DNA of 62,629 bases, counting the filler, from Pseudobdellovibrionaceae bacterium (GTDB lineage Bacteria; Bdellovibrionota; Bdellovibrionia; Bdellovibrionales; UBA1609), in NCBI GenBank assembly GCA_030591685.1. It is 5 parts of 5 records of this genome, joined end to end, with 100 filler letters (N's around TTAATTAATTAA, not from the genome) between each part and the next. Parts side by side here need not be neighbours in the genome. Positions count along the whole stretch, not along the records: positions 15,106 to 22,645 come from JAUVAX010000073.1; positions 22,746 to 41,672 come from JAUVAX010000042.1; 3 more parts are not named here. One strand, written 5' to 3'. The first letter of the stretch is position 1. Each line of letters begins with the position of its first letter. This document shows positions 20,199 to 30,262 of the stretch, piece after piece. The notes beneath the pieces are model-generated. The model did not search any database and was not told where the DNA came from. It saw nothing but the letters and a program-made list of their open reading frames with translations. The position numbers were made by a program, and so were the translations under genes.

Positions 20199-20274
20199 GG
20201 CTTCAAAAATTATGCTCATAGATGTTTTTAAAAATCTGTTGAGTTCTTAGTCAACTTCGGACAACCTTATACCT

Positions 20275-21021
20275 ATGAAATTAGTTTTACGTTTAAGTTT
20301 TGTGGTGTTTTTTTTAATCAGTCCAAAACTTGGACTTTGTAGTAATAAAGAGTTTTTCCCCAAAAATAAAAGCCAAAACGGCCAACCCTATTTTGGCTTT
20401 GACCCCTATTTACCCTTAGTGCGCGAGTATGACGTAGAGCTCGGGGCTATGTGGGAGGACCAAACCATGTACTGGGTGGGGGGGCGAGTCGGTTTTCATG
20501 TAGGGCGGTGTATGTTTTCAGGCTCTCAAACCTGCCAACAGTACTGGGACTTGCTTGGGGGTGTTGGGGGCCGAGACGGGTCTACAAATGGTTTGCTTTT
20601 AACAGGTCCTCGGTGGCAGTTTGTAAATTACCCTAATATTTTGTCTCCAGCTATTAGCCTTTATGTTGGGGCGATGACTTTAAGTGATGCAAATAGATCT
20701 AAAGAGGTTTTAACCTACGGCATTGGTTATAGTATAACTATGGCTGTTCATGAAAACTTGGACCTTCGCCTGCAGCTCAGAGCCGGTGGTGGTGATAAAG
20801 AGTGGTCTCAAGGATTTGTGGGCTTGGGTATTAAAATAGACAATTTAGTGACCTACTATGCGAACAAACTCAATCGCTTAAAAGAAGGGGCTGTTGATAA
20901 AACAACTACCGTTATTAAGGGTACTGTTAAAGGTGCAGGGTCTGTTTTAAAAGGCACTGGTGAAGTTTTACAGAAAACTATTAAAGGCTTAGCTCCTAAA
21001 GATAATTCTATAAAAAAATAA
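20275..21021 (+). CDS. Exported hypothetical protein (possible small beta-barrel plus helical tail)
   Basis: Signal peptide; Gly/aromatic-rich strands. Confidence 0.6.
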   Translation: MKLVLRLSFVVFFLISPKLGLCSNKEFFPKNKSQNGQPYFGFDPYLPLVREYDVELGAMWEDQTMYWVGGRVGFHVGRCMFSGSQTCQQYWDLLGGVGGRDGSTNGLLLTGPRWQFVNYPNILSPAISLYVGAMTLSDANRSKEVLTYGIGYSITMAVHENLDLRLQLRAGGGDKEWSQGFVGLGIKIDNLVTYYANKLNRLKEGAVDKTTTVIKGTVKGAGSVLKGTGEVLQKTIKGLAPKDNSIKK

Positions 21022-21096
21022 ACTTATAATTTTAATTTAAGTAAAAAACAACTGTGGTGATCAGTGAGCATGCCTCTGACATTGCTAGGTACAAAT

Positions 21097-21135
21097 AAAA
21101 AACTCTGCTTAAAGTCGTATCTTTAAGCAGAGTTT
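21097..21135 (-). terminator. Rho-independent terminator between convergent genes
   Basis: Perfect 15-bp stem AAACTCTGCTTAAAG/CTTTAAGCAGAGTTT with an adjacent A-tract. Confidence 0.8.
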
Positions 21136-21167
21136 ATAAGGCAGGAAGTTTTGGTGTTTAAATTAAA

Positions 21168-22643
21168 TTAATATCGACGTCTTCTGTAATCGGTATTTTG
21201 GTAATTGCTCTGAGTACCGCCTCGGGCCCCGGTTGAGTAAGTATTGTAACTTGACCTTGAGTCATAGACGTTTCTGTTTGATAAAAACCGATCATCATAA
21301 TAGCTGCCGCCATTTCTTGAATCATAGTAAGAGCTACCATTGTTGTTTCGGTACTGAGTGCTGCCGTTTCTTGAGCCATAGTATGGATCACTGTTGCTGC
21401 CTCTATACTGAGTATTACGATTTCTATCATTGTACTGAGAGTTGCGATTTCTATCATTGTACTGAGAGTTGCGATTTCTAGAGTCGTAGTAAGGGTCGCG
21501 ACCTCTGTCGCTGTACTGAGAGTTGCGATTTCTATCATTTGTACGGTTACGCAAGCTGTCTCCTCTTGATCGATCGCCACTAAATCTACCTAGGTCACGG
21601 CCAAACTGTGTTCTAAGCCCTGAGTCTGAAATACTATGTGCATTGATCCCGCTTAAATTAAGATCATTCATGACTTGCTCTGCTGTTCTCATGCGAACGC
21701 CCGGGTATTTGTAGTAAGCCGCCATCCCACACGAGTTGGAGTCATATTTGTAACTCTTTTTATAAAAATTAAGTGGTCCAAATGATTTTCGTGAAAACCC
21801 ATCAAGTTGCCCTGCTGTTATGTCAGCTTGGCAATAAGCATTCAGTGAGCTATTAAATAAAAGGTTATAGTTCTTTTTATTTTGCGCTGAAACTCCAGCT
21901 CCATTGGCCATTTTAAAAGTGTCCTCATCTATAAAGTCCTCAAGGCCACTTTGTGCATTGCTGTAGTTTTCTGCTGGGTTCGAGTAAAAGTCTTTGATTG
22001 TATTTTTGATTCTATCTTTATTATCAAGAGTGATGTAATCGGTTTGTAGGTCTCTTATGATTTTAGCGATAGATTTTTCATAATCATCATCTAAATCAGT
22101 TTCGGCACCGTCTTCGATATCTATATCAAAAGCACCACTTAAAAGGTCTTCTAATCGATCCATACGGGTGTCTCTGCTTTGTCCACCTTTTGCCCATGAC
22201 CTTAAGTGTTTAGTGTACACCTTGGCGGCTTTGTCCGAACAGTCATCATCGTCGTCAGAGTCACAAAGTTCAGGATGGCTCTCATCAAGGTAAGCCTTCA
22301 TTAGGTCCATAAAGCACTCTTTACGGTCACCTTTGTCAACTTTTTCACCGTCAAGGTCAAGTTTGCAGGTTTTCATTTTAGCCAACTCTTCGCTGTCTTC
22401 TTTATGTATTTTTTTGGCCTGGTTAATTTTGTCTTTAATGTTTTTCTTAATCAGGTCTACAATCTTAGTGAGTGAGTCCGTGGTCTCAATAATTTTATCA
22501 CTTACTGTGACCTGGTTGAGTAGTGTACACGCTTCGCCATCACAAGAGTCAGCTTCAGTTTCTCTATCTATAGATATAGAAACCTTATTGCCGTCCTTTT
22601 GGCTCACCTTAACTGTGAACTCCTCGCGCTCGCCGTTGACTTT
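21168..22643 (-). CDS. Hypothetical protein with R/N/S/Y/D/G low-complexity C-terminus, 5'-truncated
   Basis: Frame open to the contig edge; DRNRNSQY repeats. Confidence 0.75.
   Translation of the reverse strand, partial: KVNGEREEFTVKVSQKDGNKVSISIDRETEADSCDGEACTLLNQVTVSDKIIETTDSLTKIVDLIKKNIKDKINQAKKIHKEDSEELAKMKTCKLDLDGEKVDKGDRKECFMDLMKAYLDESHPELCDSDDDDDCSDKAAKVYTKHLRSWAKGGQSRDTRMDRLEDLLSGAFDIDIEDGAETDLDDDYEKSIAKIIRDLQTDYITLDNKDRIKNTIKDFYSNPAENYSNAQSGLEDFIDEDTFKMANGAGVSAQNKKNYNLLFNSSLNAYCQADITAGQLDGFSRKSFGPLNFYKKSYKYDSNSCGMAAYYKYPGVRMRTAEQVMNDLNLSGINAHSISDSGLRTQFGRDLGRFSGDRSRGDSLRNRTNDRNRNSQYSDRGRDPYYDSRNRNSQYNDRNRNSQYNDRNRNTQYRGSNSDPYYGSRNGSTQYRNNNGSSYYDSRNGGSYYDDRFLSNRNVYDSRSSYNTYSTGARGGTQSNYQNTDYRRRRY
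21405..21545. repeat. Coding repeats, 27-bp unit (NDRNRNSQY)
   Basis: TACTGAGAGTTGCGATTTCTA recurs several times. Confidence 0.85.
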
Positions 22644-22645
22644 AT

Positions 22646-22745
22646 NNNNNNNNNNNNNNNNNNNNNNNNNNNNNNNNNNNNNNNNNNNNTTAATTAATTA
22701 ANNNNNNNNNNNNNNNNNNNNNNNNNNNNNNNNNNNNNNNNNNNN
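22646..22745. other. Assembly gap/contig linker
   Basis: N-run, TTAATTAATTAA, N-run. Confidence 0.99.
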
Positions 22746-23038
22746 GGGTTTTCTAAAATATTTCTTTGTATGACCGTTGGGGTGTGACAGTTGTAATATC
22801 CAAGCCCAATGTTTGAATTAAAAATTTTATTTTTAGAAGCCACCTCTTTAGCCACCGACAGAAATTCGACTTCAGAAAGCCCCTCTTTTAAGTCCAATAC
22901 ACTTTTAATGCGAATTTTTGAGGGCACGGCACTTTGAATTAAATCATCTAGGGTTTTAGAGCCCACCGCCTCAAGCATTGAGTTGATTTCAGTAGGGCTG
23001 GGCCCTATATGACGTTCTACAAAGGGTGAATATTTCAC
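22746..23038 (-). CDS. gcvP: Glycine dehydrogenase (P protein), N-terminal part only
   Basis: FVERHIGP, IGLGYY...TPTVIQRNILEN. Confidence 0.92.
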
Positions 23039-23271
23039 TTTAAAAGCTCCTCAAAAGAAGTAAGTCTATTTGGGCAAAAAAGTACCAAATTTAGGGCTAA
23101 TGAGACAAGTAAAACCTTTGATGAGCCATTGCACTTTAGGGGCTAATAAGAGAGGTACTTATGGGGGAGCAGATAAAGGTTAAAGATGGGGGGGGGAAAG
23201 CTTACCCCCGTACACTTCTAATACGGGGGTTGTTTTGCCTAAAAAATAGGCTTAAATTAAGGGCCGTTGTC

Positions 23272-23724
23272 TTATTTCTTTTTAGCGATTTTTTTGGTCG
23301 TCTTTTTTTTGACCTTCTTTTTTACAGAAGCTTTTTTCTTGGTGGCTTTTTTAGTGGCCTTTTTCTTGCTAGCTTTTTTCTTGGTCGTTTTTTTCTTGAG
23401 TCTTTTTTTGTGCTCAGTGGCCTTCTTTTTTAACATGGCAAGTCGTTTTTTAGCGTCCTTTTGAACCGAGCTGATTTGCTTGGCTACCTTTGAAACCTCT
23501 CGATCAACTTGGGTCTGAATGGTATTGATGGACTTTAAAACATCATTAAACTGCTTTTCAAGTTTATTGAGCCTTTTCTTTGTATTTGGGGTGAGGTGAG
23601 ATTGAAAGTCATACTTAGAAATATCCTGACCGAGTTTGTTGAGTTCTGTTTTGAGTGAATCAATATTTTTGATTTTTTTGAAATCACTTTTTATTTTGTC
23701 CCAGTTTAATTTAGATTGTGGCAT
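23272..23724 (-). CDS. Coiled-coil protein with Lys-rich histone-like C-terminal tail
   Basis: Heptad helices followed by KKATKK repeats; GAGG RBS. Confidence 0.75.
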   Translation of the reverse strand: MPQSKLNWDKIKSDFKKIKNIDSLKTELNKLGQDISKYDFQSHLTPNTKKRLNKLEKQFNDVLKSINTIQTQVDREVSKVAKQISSVQKDAKKRLAMLKKKATEHKKRLKKKTTKKKASKKKATKKATKKKASVKKKVKKKTTKKIAKKK

Positions 23725-23823
23725 TTGGTAAACCTCTCTTTTAGATGTGTTGGTGACCTTTTACGAATGTGTGTTTAATATTAAAAGTTGTCAAGTCCAC
23801 TTTTTGAAAGTAGTTATTATTTT

Positions 23824-25134
23824 ATGAATCATTACACTTTAAACCCTCCAAAGGTGTGCTTAACCCTTTTAGCTGTTAAAAGGGCGGTCACTCTAGAGTC
23901 AATTTTACCGAACCAGTTTTGGATCGGTGGCGAATTGTCAGTTAAAGAGGGCCAGTTTTATTTATCGGATGTTTTTTACAAAACTAAACTGGTTGATGTA
24001 AATAATTTAGATTTTAATATAAAACCAAATAAAGCTTATTTTGCAGCGGTACGGGTCAAAAAAAATGACGTTATTGTTACTCCTTCCGGGTTTAAGCTAA
24101 AGTCCGTGGGTGAGATTAAAATTTTAGGTCAACGCCAGCACTTTGAGGGTGATTTTTATAACCCCAAGTGCCAACCAGAGCTTGTTAAAAAGTGGTCTGA
24201 GTTTTTATGGGAGGTGGAGAGTTTTTTTGTCACCCAGGGGTTCTTCAGAGCCCAAACCCCCACTTTAGTGTCCTGCCCGGGCCCAGAGCCCACAATTGAC
24301 ACCTTTCAAACGCAGTTTAACTATGGCCAGAGGGGGACTCTTTGCCATCTCCCCTCAAGCCCTGAGATTCACTTAAAAAAAATGTTGGCCTTTGGCGTGC
24401 ACCAAGTGTTTGAGGTGAAGCCGAGCTTTAGAAATAACGAAATCACCCCGTGGCATGAGCCAGAGTTTAACATGCTCGAATGGTACCGAGCCTTTGGGGG
24501 GTTTGAGGATCTCTCTGATGATTTAGAGGGCCTCATCAACCATTTGATTCAAAAATTTTCTCCATGTGATGGCCATCAAACTATCCAGTCTTTTTCTCTA
24601 GAAGAGCTGTTTTCAAAAAATTGTGAGTTTTCGCTTCAACCCACAACCACCTTAGAGGAGCTTGTAACCCTTTGTGGTCAATTAAATATAGAGGTGGCCA
24701 ATGACGATGAGTTTAACGATGTTTTTTTTCGCATTATGTTTGATAAAATAGAACCCTTTTTAAGCACTATAAAAGCCCCGGTTGTGATTTATAATTATCC
24801 ACCAAGCTTGGCGGCACTTTCTAAATTAGATACCAAGGGTTGGGCCTCAAGGTTTGAGCTTTACTGGAAGGGGGTTGAGCTGGCCAACGCTTTTAACGAG
24901 CTTGTGGATGAAAAAGAACAAGAGAAGAGGTTGATCTTAGATAATTTAGAAAAATTAAAACTAAACAAGCCAGTGTCGCCCATAGATTTAGAGTTTCTTC
25001 AAGCGTTGCGCTCGGGGCTGCCCCCTACAGTAGGCATTGCCTTAGGCTTAGAGAGACTATTTGCTGTTATACATAATTTATCCTCAATATCTGAATTTAA
25101 TTTATTTTCTTGGAGTTGGCGCATTAATAAATGA
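23824..25134 (+). CDS. epmA: EF-P lysine aminoacylase (EpmA/GenX) with N-terminal extension
   Basis: SSPEIHLKK, FRNNE...HEPEFNMLEWYR, RFELYWKGVELANAF, GIALGLERL. Confidence 0.88.
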   Translation: MNHYTLNPPKVCLTLLAVKRAVTLESILPNQFWIGGELSVKEGQFYLSDVFYKTKLVDVNNLDFNIKPNKAYFAAVRVKKNDVIVTPSGFKLKSVGEIKILGQRQHFEGDFYNPKCQPELVKKWSEFLWEVESFFVTQGFFRAQTPTLVSCPGPEPTIDTFQTQFNYGQRGTLCHLPSSPEIHLKKMLAFGVHQVFEVKPSFRNNEITPWHEPEFNMLEWYRAFGGFEDLSDDLEGLINHLIQKFSPCDGHQTIQSFSLEELFSKNCEFSLQPTTTLEELVTLCGQLNIEVANDDEFNDVFFRIMFDKIEPFLSTIKAPVVIYNYPPSLAALSKLDTKGWASRFELYWKGVELANAFNELVDEKEQEKRLILDNLEKLKLNKPVSPIDLEFLQALRSGLPPTVGIALGLERLFAVIHNLSSISEFNLFSWSWRINK

Positions 25135-25199
25135 ACTCATGGGTGAGAGGGGCAAACCTAAATAATGAGTCAAAGGCTCAAAGCTGCAGCTTAATTAAG

Positions 25200-25577
25200 T
25201 TAGCTTAAAAAACCCTTATCACGAGGGTCAAAAGTGTTACTGCCCAGTATGTCCCTTACATCTGTACGAAAGTTCAAACCAGATTTGTGCTGCTGTGGGA
25301 GTTGGTCGGTGAGCTCTGTGATTAAAAATTGAAAAACTCTTTTTTGCCAATCTCGCTCTTTACCATTGCATTGATCCATTGAAACAAACTGATCTACAGA
25401 GTAAGCCTTGCCCTCTACAGTCATTAAAACTAAAAACTGAAATCCGCTTTCAGTTTTAATGATGGCTGTTTTTACAGTACTTTTTAACGGGAGTGTTTTT
25501 AGGGTTTGGGCCATCCATTTGTGAGCAAATTCATTGACGTCATTTCTGGCTTCAAAATTTATACATTCAAAAGACAT
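25200..25577 (-). CDS. Hypothetical protein
   Basis: ORF with AGGGG RBS and a sigma28-like promoter. Confidence 0.6.
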   Translation of the reverse strand: MSFECINFEARNDVNEFAHKWMAQTLKTLPLKSTVKTAIIKTESGFQFLVLMTVEGKAYSVDQFVSMDQCNGKERDWQKRVFQFLITELTDQLPQQHKSGLNFRTDVRDILGSNTFDPRDKGFLS

Positions 25578-25611
25578 AAGCTCTGGCCCCCTTAGTTGTA
25601 ACCTTTCTTTT

Positions 25612-25638
25612 AGATCGACATAATTAGGGGCTGTCTTA
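25612..25638 (-). promoter_or_regulatory. sigma28-like promoter
   Basis: TAAG-15 nt-GTCGATCT. Confidence 0.45.
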
Positions 25639-25692
25639 ATGTGATAAATAAAAACTAGTCAGAGGGCTTACTTTGAAAAAGGCTGAGACGAA

Positions 25693-25977
25693 TTAATCTG
25701 TGATTTTATTAATGGCTTCTTTAAGTTCTTTACCAACTTTAAAAAAAGGTAAGCGCTTTTCTTTGACCTTAATGACTTCGCCGGTTCTTGGGTTGCGGCC
25801 TTTGTAGGCGTCGTAGTCGCGGTTAACAAAGGATCCAAAACCTCGAATTTCTATTCGGTCATCTCTCATAAGTGCTTCAACAAGTGAGTCAAATATTGTG
25901 TTTACAACGGTTTCGGCTTTAACTCGGGTGACCCCTGTTTTTTCGGCAATCATATTAATTAGGTCGGCTTTAGTCAT
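25693..25977 (-). CDS. ihfB: Integration host factor beta / HU-family protein
   Basis: MTKADL, RIEIRGFGSF, GRNPRTG, PFFKVGKELK. Confidence 0.88.
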   Translation of the reverse strand: MTKADLINMIAEKTGVTRVKAETVVNTIFDSLVEALMRDDRIEIRGFGSFVNRDYDAYKGRNPRTGEVIKVKEKRLPFFKVGKELKEAINKITD

Positions 25978-26097
25978 ATAAATACCCTTTGTGGTAATAG
26001 TCGTAACGTGCTGAAACTACTCACATTGTAGCCAGGTCTAAGGCTTCGAGCTAGCGTTATTTTATAAAAATCATAAACTTCTGGCCCGTAATAAGGT

Positions 26098-27360
26098 CTA
26101 TGTGCGGGAGGCTTTGTATTTACCTGTTGAGACTAATACTTTGCGGCATGCGTCAATGGTCTGAGTGACCATATTTTGAAGGTCAAAGAGGTTGGTCACT
26201 TTAGTTTGGGCTTGCTCGCCGATATCTGAGGCTTGAATTTGTCCGCTAAAAATTTTGATCATTAAATAAGCCAGAGTATTCTGATCTGCCGGCCGGATTA
26301 AAAACCCGTCCTTACTATCTTCAATAATGTTAGCAATGGGGCTGACCTCAGAGCCAATGACGACCTTTTTTTGAGCCATGGCCTCAAGCATATTAGATTC
26401 AAAACCTGTTGTACGAGAGCTGAGGTTTATGAAAATATCAGCGAGCGAAACATACTCGGGTATTTCTATATTTTTAATGGCTCCGGTAAAAATCACCTTG
26501 CTCCCTAAGGCGAGGCTGAGCATTTCAAATTCAATTTGTTTTTTAAGGGGTCCATTGCCAACAATAATGAGTCGAGAGTTGGGCTTTTTTATGGCGACTT
26601 TAGTAAAAGCTCCGAGTACGTTTTTAATCTCTTCTAGTTCGGTCATATCTGAAAAAATCACAGCAACATGAGCATTAATTGGGATTTTTAAATGCTCCTG
26701 GAGCTCATGGGACCCTTTTCTTTGAGAAAAGTCACCCAACTCAATACCATAGGGGATAATATAGGTTTTAAGCTCGGGGTAGAGGTAGTATCTCTCAAGT
26801 AAAATTCTTTGCTGAGGACTTGTAACAAAAACGCCATCGGCTGACTTTAAAAGTTTTCGATCCCGAGAATAGTAGGTGGTTATAAATTTATATAAAATCG
26901 CAACGCCGGTTCGTATAAGCCCCCCAAGGGACTCTTGAGCCATGCCCATGATGGCGAAAAGTTGTGACATTTGCGTGGCATCAGCATCAAGACTAAGCGC
27001 AAAGCCCAATGATTTTTTAAGCTTACCCAGGGACAGCCCACAACTATCAATACTGTGTATAATATGAAAAGGCTCTTTTTTATGAAGCTCTTTAACTTTT
27101 TTAAGGACAGCTTTTTCAAAGCTAGATGACTTTTGGGGGCTTGAGTTTAGAAAAAAAGCCTGCACACCCTCTTTTTGAATTTCGTATTTGTTTTGGGGGT
27201 GTTTCCAGGACAAGACGGTTACATTATGTCCTTTTTGGGCCATCCCCCGGGCTATGGGCCATAAAAATCCATGCTCTGCGGCTCGGGCTTGCATGGAGAA
27301 TTTGCGTGAAACAATGCAAATATTTAATGATTCAGGCTGTGGCTTGCGGTTCCAAAACAT
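26098..27360 (-). CDS. GT4-family glycosyltransferase
   Basis: LIIVGNGPL, ADIF, LEAMA, DGFLI GT-B motifs. Confidence 0.85.
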   Translation of the reverse strand: MFWNRKPQPESLNICIVSRKFSMQARAAEHGFLWPIARGMAQKGHNVTVLSWKHPQNKYEIQKEGVQAFFLNSSPQKSSSFEKAVLKKVKELHKKEPFHIIHSIDSCGLSLGKLKKSLGFALSLDADATQMSQLFAIMGMAQESLGGLIRTGVAILYKFITTYYSRDRKLLKSADGVFVTSPQQRILLERYYLYPELKTYIIPYGIELGDFSQRKGSHELQEHLKIPINAHVAVIFSDMTELEEIKNVLGAFTKVAIKKPNSRLIIVGNGPLKKQIEFEMLSLALGSKVIFTGAIKNIEIPEYVSLADIFINLSSRTTGFESNMLEAMAQKKVVIGSEVSPIANIIEDSKDGFLIRPADQNTLAYLMIKIFSGQIQASDIGEQAQTKVTNLFDLQNMVTQTIDACRKVLVSTGKYKASRT

Positions 27361-27390
27361 ATTCACATCATATACGGTAAAGGGAAAATT

Positions 27391-27804
27391 TTAAACTCTC
27401 GATATCAATTGCTGGACAATTTTTTTATTGGCCTCGGGCAAATCATAATTATGTACGTCGCTTAACTCAACCCATTTGAGATCATTGTGGTGAAGCGTTC
27501 GTGGTTCACCGGTCCAATATTGGACCTTGTAAATCATGAGCAAAATATTAACATCTCCATAGGTATGAGAAGAGGCTATGCAGAGCTCTTTTACTTCAGC
27601 AACGATCCCGAGCTCTTCATTGAGCTCTCGCTTTAATGCCATCTCTGGGCTCTCATGGGGCTCGATTTTACCCCCTGGAAACTCCCAAACCCCGGCAAAA
27701 GACGACCCCTCTGGCCTTTGGCCAAGTAAGACCCTGCTGTCTTTAAGCATCATTGCGGCAACAACGGGGATCCATGTGGGTCTTTTTTTGGGCAAGAGGG
27801 TCAC
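27391..27804 (-). CDS. mutT: MutT-like Nudix pyrophosphohydrolase
   Basis: WEFPGGKIEPHESPEMALKRELNEELG. Confidence 0.85.
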   Translation of the reverse strand: MTLLPKKRPTWIPVVAAMMLKDSRVLLGQRPEGSSFAGVWEFPGGKIEPHESPEMALKRELNEELGIVAEVKELCIASSHTYGDVNILLMIYKVQYWTGEPRTLHHNDLKWVELSDVHNYDLPEANKKIVQQLISRV

Positions 27805-28778
27805 AAGTCGTCCTTTTTGGCTTGCTCAGATATTTGACGAAAGAAAAAGGGACCTGAAAACACTAAGGCTGAGTAGACTTGTATTAAATCAGCCCCTAGG
27901 TTGAGACGCTCTTTGACGTCCTCATAGTTCATAACGCCACCGGCTGAGATGAGTAGCTTATTTTCTCTCTTGGGGCCCAAAATTTCAAGAGTTTGCTTAA
28001 GTACGCTTTTAGAGAGTTCGCTAAGGGGCTTTCCCGAAAGCCCCCCTTCAGTTAAAAATCCGATAAAGGGCCGTTTGACGGTGGTGTTGGTGAGGACCCA
28101 ACCATCAAAGCCCAACTCTAAAGAGACCTTTAAAACAGTTGTGAGCTCATCATAAGAGAGGTCCGGACTTATTTTTAACAAAGTGGGTTTTGTTTTTTGT
28201 TGGCTTATGGGGAGGAGAAATTTTTTTATATTTTCAGGTAAAAGTAAGTCCCTAAGCCCTTGAGTGTTAGGGCTTGAAATATTAATAACAAACGCATCAA
28301 CGTAGGGGGTTAGTTTTTGTATGCAGGTCAAATAGTCTTTGTGAGCTTCGGCATTTGGTGTGGTACGGTTTTTACCAATGTTAGCAAATATAGGAGTGGG
28401 GCGTTTTTTGGGGAGCTTCTTGAGTTGCTTAATAGCAAAATCCACTCCTTTAGAGGGAAAGCCCATTTTATTCCATAGGGCTTTTTGTTCAAAATTTCGA
28501 TCTATAATTAGACCAGGGTTAGGTTTTTGGGGGAGAGGGGTGATGGTGCCGATTTCGATAAAACCACAGCCGAGTTTCCACCAAGGGGCCATTTGTTCGG
28601 CATTTTTATCTACACCACCAGCAATCCCCAGGGGGTTACAAAAATCAAGGCCCTGCCAATGGACAGGGCGCCACAGCGCTTTTTTTGTAGGTAAAAATAA
28701 ATTTAAAACCTTAAGTGCGGGCGTACTGAGTGCATGAGCCGCAGAGGCTGGTAATAAAAGCCATGGTTTAAGGTTCAT
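27801..28778 (-). CDS. pyrD: Quinone-dependent dihydroorotate dehydrogenase
   Basis: NPLGIAGGVDKN, NIGKN, NISSPNT, KISPD, TNTT, GGLSG. Confidence 0.95.
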   Translation of the reverse strand: MNLKPWLLLPASAAHALSTPALKVLNLFLPTKKALWRPVHWQGLDFCNPLGIAGGVDKNAEQMAPWWKLGCGFIEIGTITPLPQKPNPGLIIDRNFEQKALWNKMGFPSKGVDFAIKQLKKLPKKRPTPIFANIGKNRTTPNAEAHKDYLTCIQKLTPYVDAFVINISSPNTQGLRDLLLPENIKKFLLPISQQKTKPTLLKISPDLSYDELTTVLKVSLELGFDGWVLTNTTVKRPFIGFLTEGGLSGKPLSELSKSVLKQTLEILGPKRENKLLISAGGVMNYEDVKERLNLGADLIQVYSALVFSGPFFFRQISEQAKKDDL

Positions 28779-28780
28779 TA

Positions 28781-30034
28781 TCAGGTTTGACCTCTAAGCT
28801 TCATAGCTTTTTCAAGTCTTTGTAGGGCCACGGACATGGCAGAGATTCTCATGTTTTGGTTTTTCTCTTTAGCAAAGTGCCAAACACTATCAAAGGAGGC
28901 ATCCATAATTTTTTTGAGTTTATTTCGCACTTCTTCCTCTGTCCAGAAGAGCCAAACAAGGTCTTGGACCCATTCAAAGTAACTCACCACAACGCCGCCA
29001 CCGTTAGCTAGTATGTCAGGGATGATCATTTTTCCATTTTCATACAATATGTTAGTTGCATTTGAAGATACGGGTCCGTTAGCCCCCTCAACAATTATGT
29101 CGGCTTTTATTTTGCCGGCATTCTCGGTGGTGATAACTCCATCAAGGGCACATGGGGCCAGTACATCCACTTTTAACTCCAGTAAATCCTCGTTGGTAAT
29201 AGGCTCAGAGCTGGGGAAACCACTAATAAAACGATTTTCCTTTACGTAAGCCACAAGGTCTGGAAGGTTTAATCCATCAGCTTTAAAAATACCTCCAGAA
29301 ACATCACTCACAGCAACAACTTTGCCTCCAAGATCCGCCGCTTCAATGGCCGCGTGCAGACCCACTTTACCAAAACCCTGTATAGCAATCGTAGCCGAAG
29401 AGATATTTTGGTCTCTTGTCGCCAAAGCCTTTTCAATGCAATAAACAACTCCAAGGCCGGTGGCAGATAAGCGCCCCATAGACCCTCCAATTTCAACAGG
29501 CTTTCCGGTGACAACGCCCGTTTGGCAATATCCATACTCTTTAGAGTAGGTATCTAAAATCCACGCCATAGTTTGAGAGTCCGTGCCCACATCAGGGGCA
29601 GGGATGTCTTTGTCGTGGCCAATAAAGGGGCCCAGCTCTGTAGCGAAACTTCTTGTTAATCTTTCAAGCTCACCTTGAGAGAGCTTATTAGGGTCGACGC
29701 ATACGCCCCCTTTTGCCCCTCCCAGAGGTAACCCCAGCAAAGCATTTTTAAAAGTCATTAAACTGGCTAAGGCCGCGGACTCACTTAAATTAACGTGAGG
29801 ATGATAACGTAAGCCCCCCTTAAAAGGCCCTAATGTTTGATTGTGCTGTACTCTGTAACCAGGGAAATTGAGGAGTTTACCATTGTCTGTTTTCAAAGGA
29901 ACCGAGAGAATAATGGACCGTCGAGGGGTCTTAAGCCTCTCAAGAGCATTTGGATTTATATGAATTAATTGGCCTGCGGCTTCAACGGTCTTCATTACGT
30001 TTTTATAAAAGTGACCGCTTGTGATTGAGTTCAT
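28781..30034 (-). CDS. gdhA: Glutamate dehydrogenase (Glu/Leu/Phe/Val family)
   Basis: GPFKGGLR, GGAKGG, DIPAPD, QGFGKVG, EGANGP, SYFEW. Confidence 0.92.
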   Translation of the reverse strand: MNSITSGHFYKNVMKTVEAAGQLIHINPNALERLKTPRRSIILSVPLKTDNGKLLNFPGYRVQHNQTLGPFKGGLRYHPHVNLSESAALASLMTFKNALLGLPLGGAKGGVCVDPNKLSQGELERLTRSFATELGPFIGHDKDIPAPDVGTDSQTMAWILDTYSKEYGYCQTGVVTGKPVEIGGSMGRLSATGLGVVYCIEKALATRDQNISSATIAIQGFGKVGLHAAIEAADLGGKVVAVSDVSGGIFKADGLNLPDLVAYVKENRFISGFPSSEPITNEDLLELKVDVLAPCALDGVITTENAGKIKADIIVEGANGPVSSNATNILYENGKMIIPDILANGGGVVVSYFEWVQDLVWLFWTEEEVRNKLKKIMDASFDSVWHFAKEKNQNMRISAMSVALQRLEKAMKLRGQT

Positions 30035-30262
30035 CGATGTGCTCCTTTACAATACTTTAGATGACTAAAAATAGGGATAAATCTTGAAATTGTCTACAAA
30101 AAATATGCTTTGAATTTAATTGTAGTTATCAAAGATGTTGGCGGTGGAGGAAAGGTGCCTCTTGACACTATATCCTGACACTGCATATTGACGCTGTGTT
30201 GATTTGCCTTGCTGAGTTGTGAATTGTTTGCTTAGGTTAAATATTATTTAGGAGGCTTTATA

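Noticed and set aside
21405..21545. CRISPR-like repeats
   Set aside because: In-frame coding repeats with no unique spacers of regular length and no cas genes.
25150..25195. c-di-GMP-I riboswitch-like GGCAAACC
   Set aside because: No GNRA P2 stem or ACGCAAAGC segment, and it lies between convergent gene ends.
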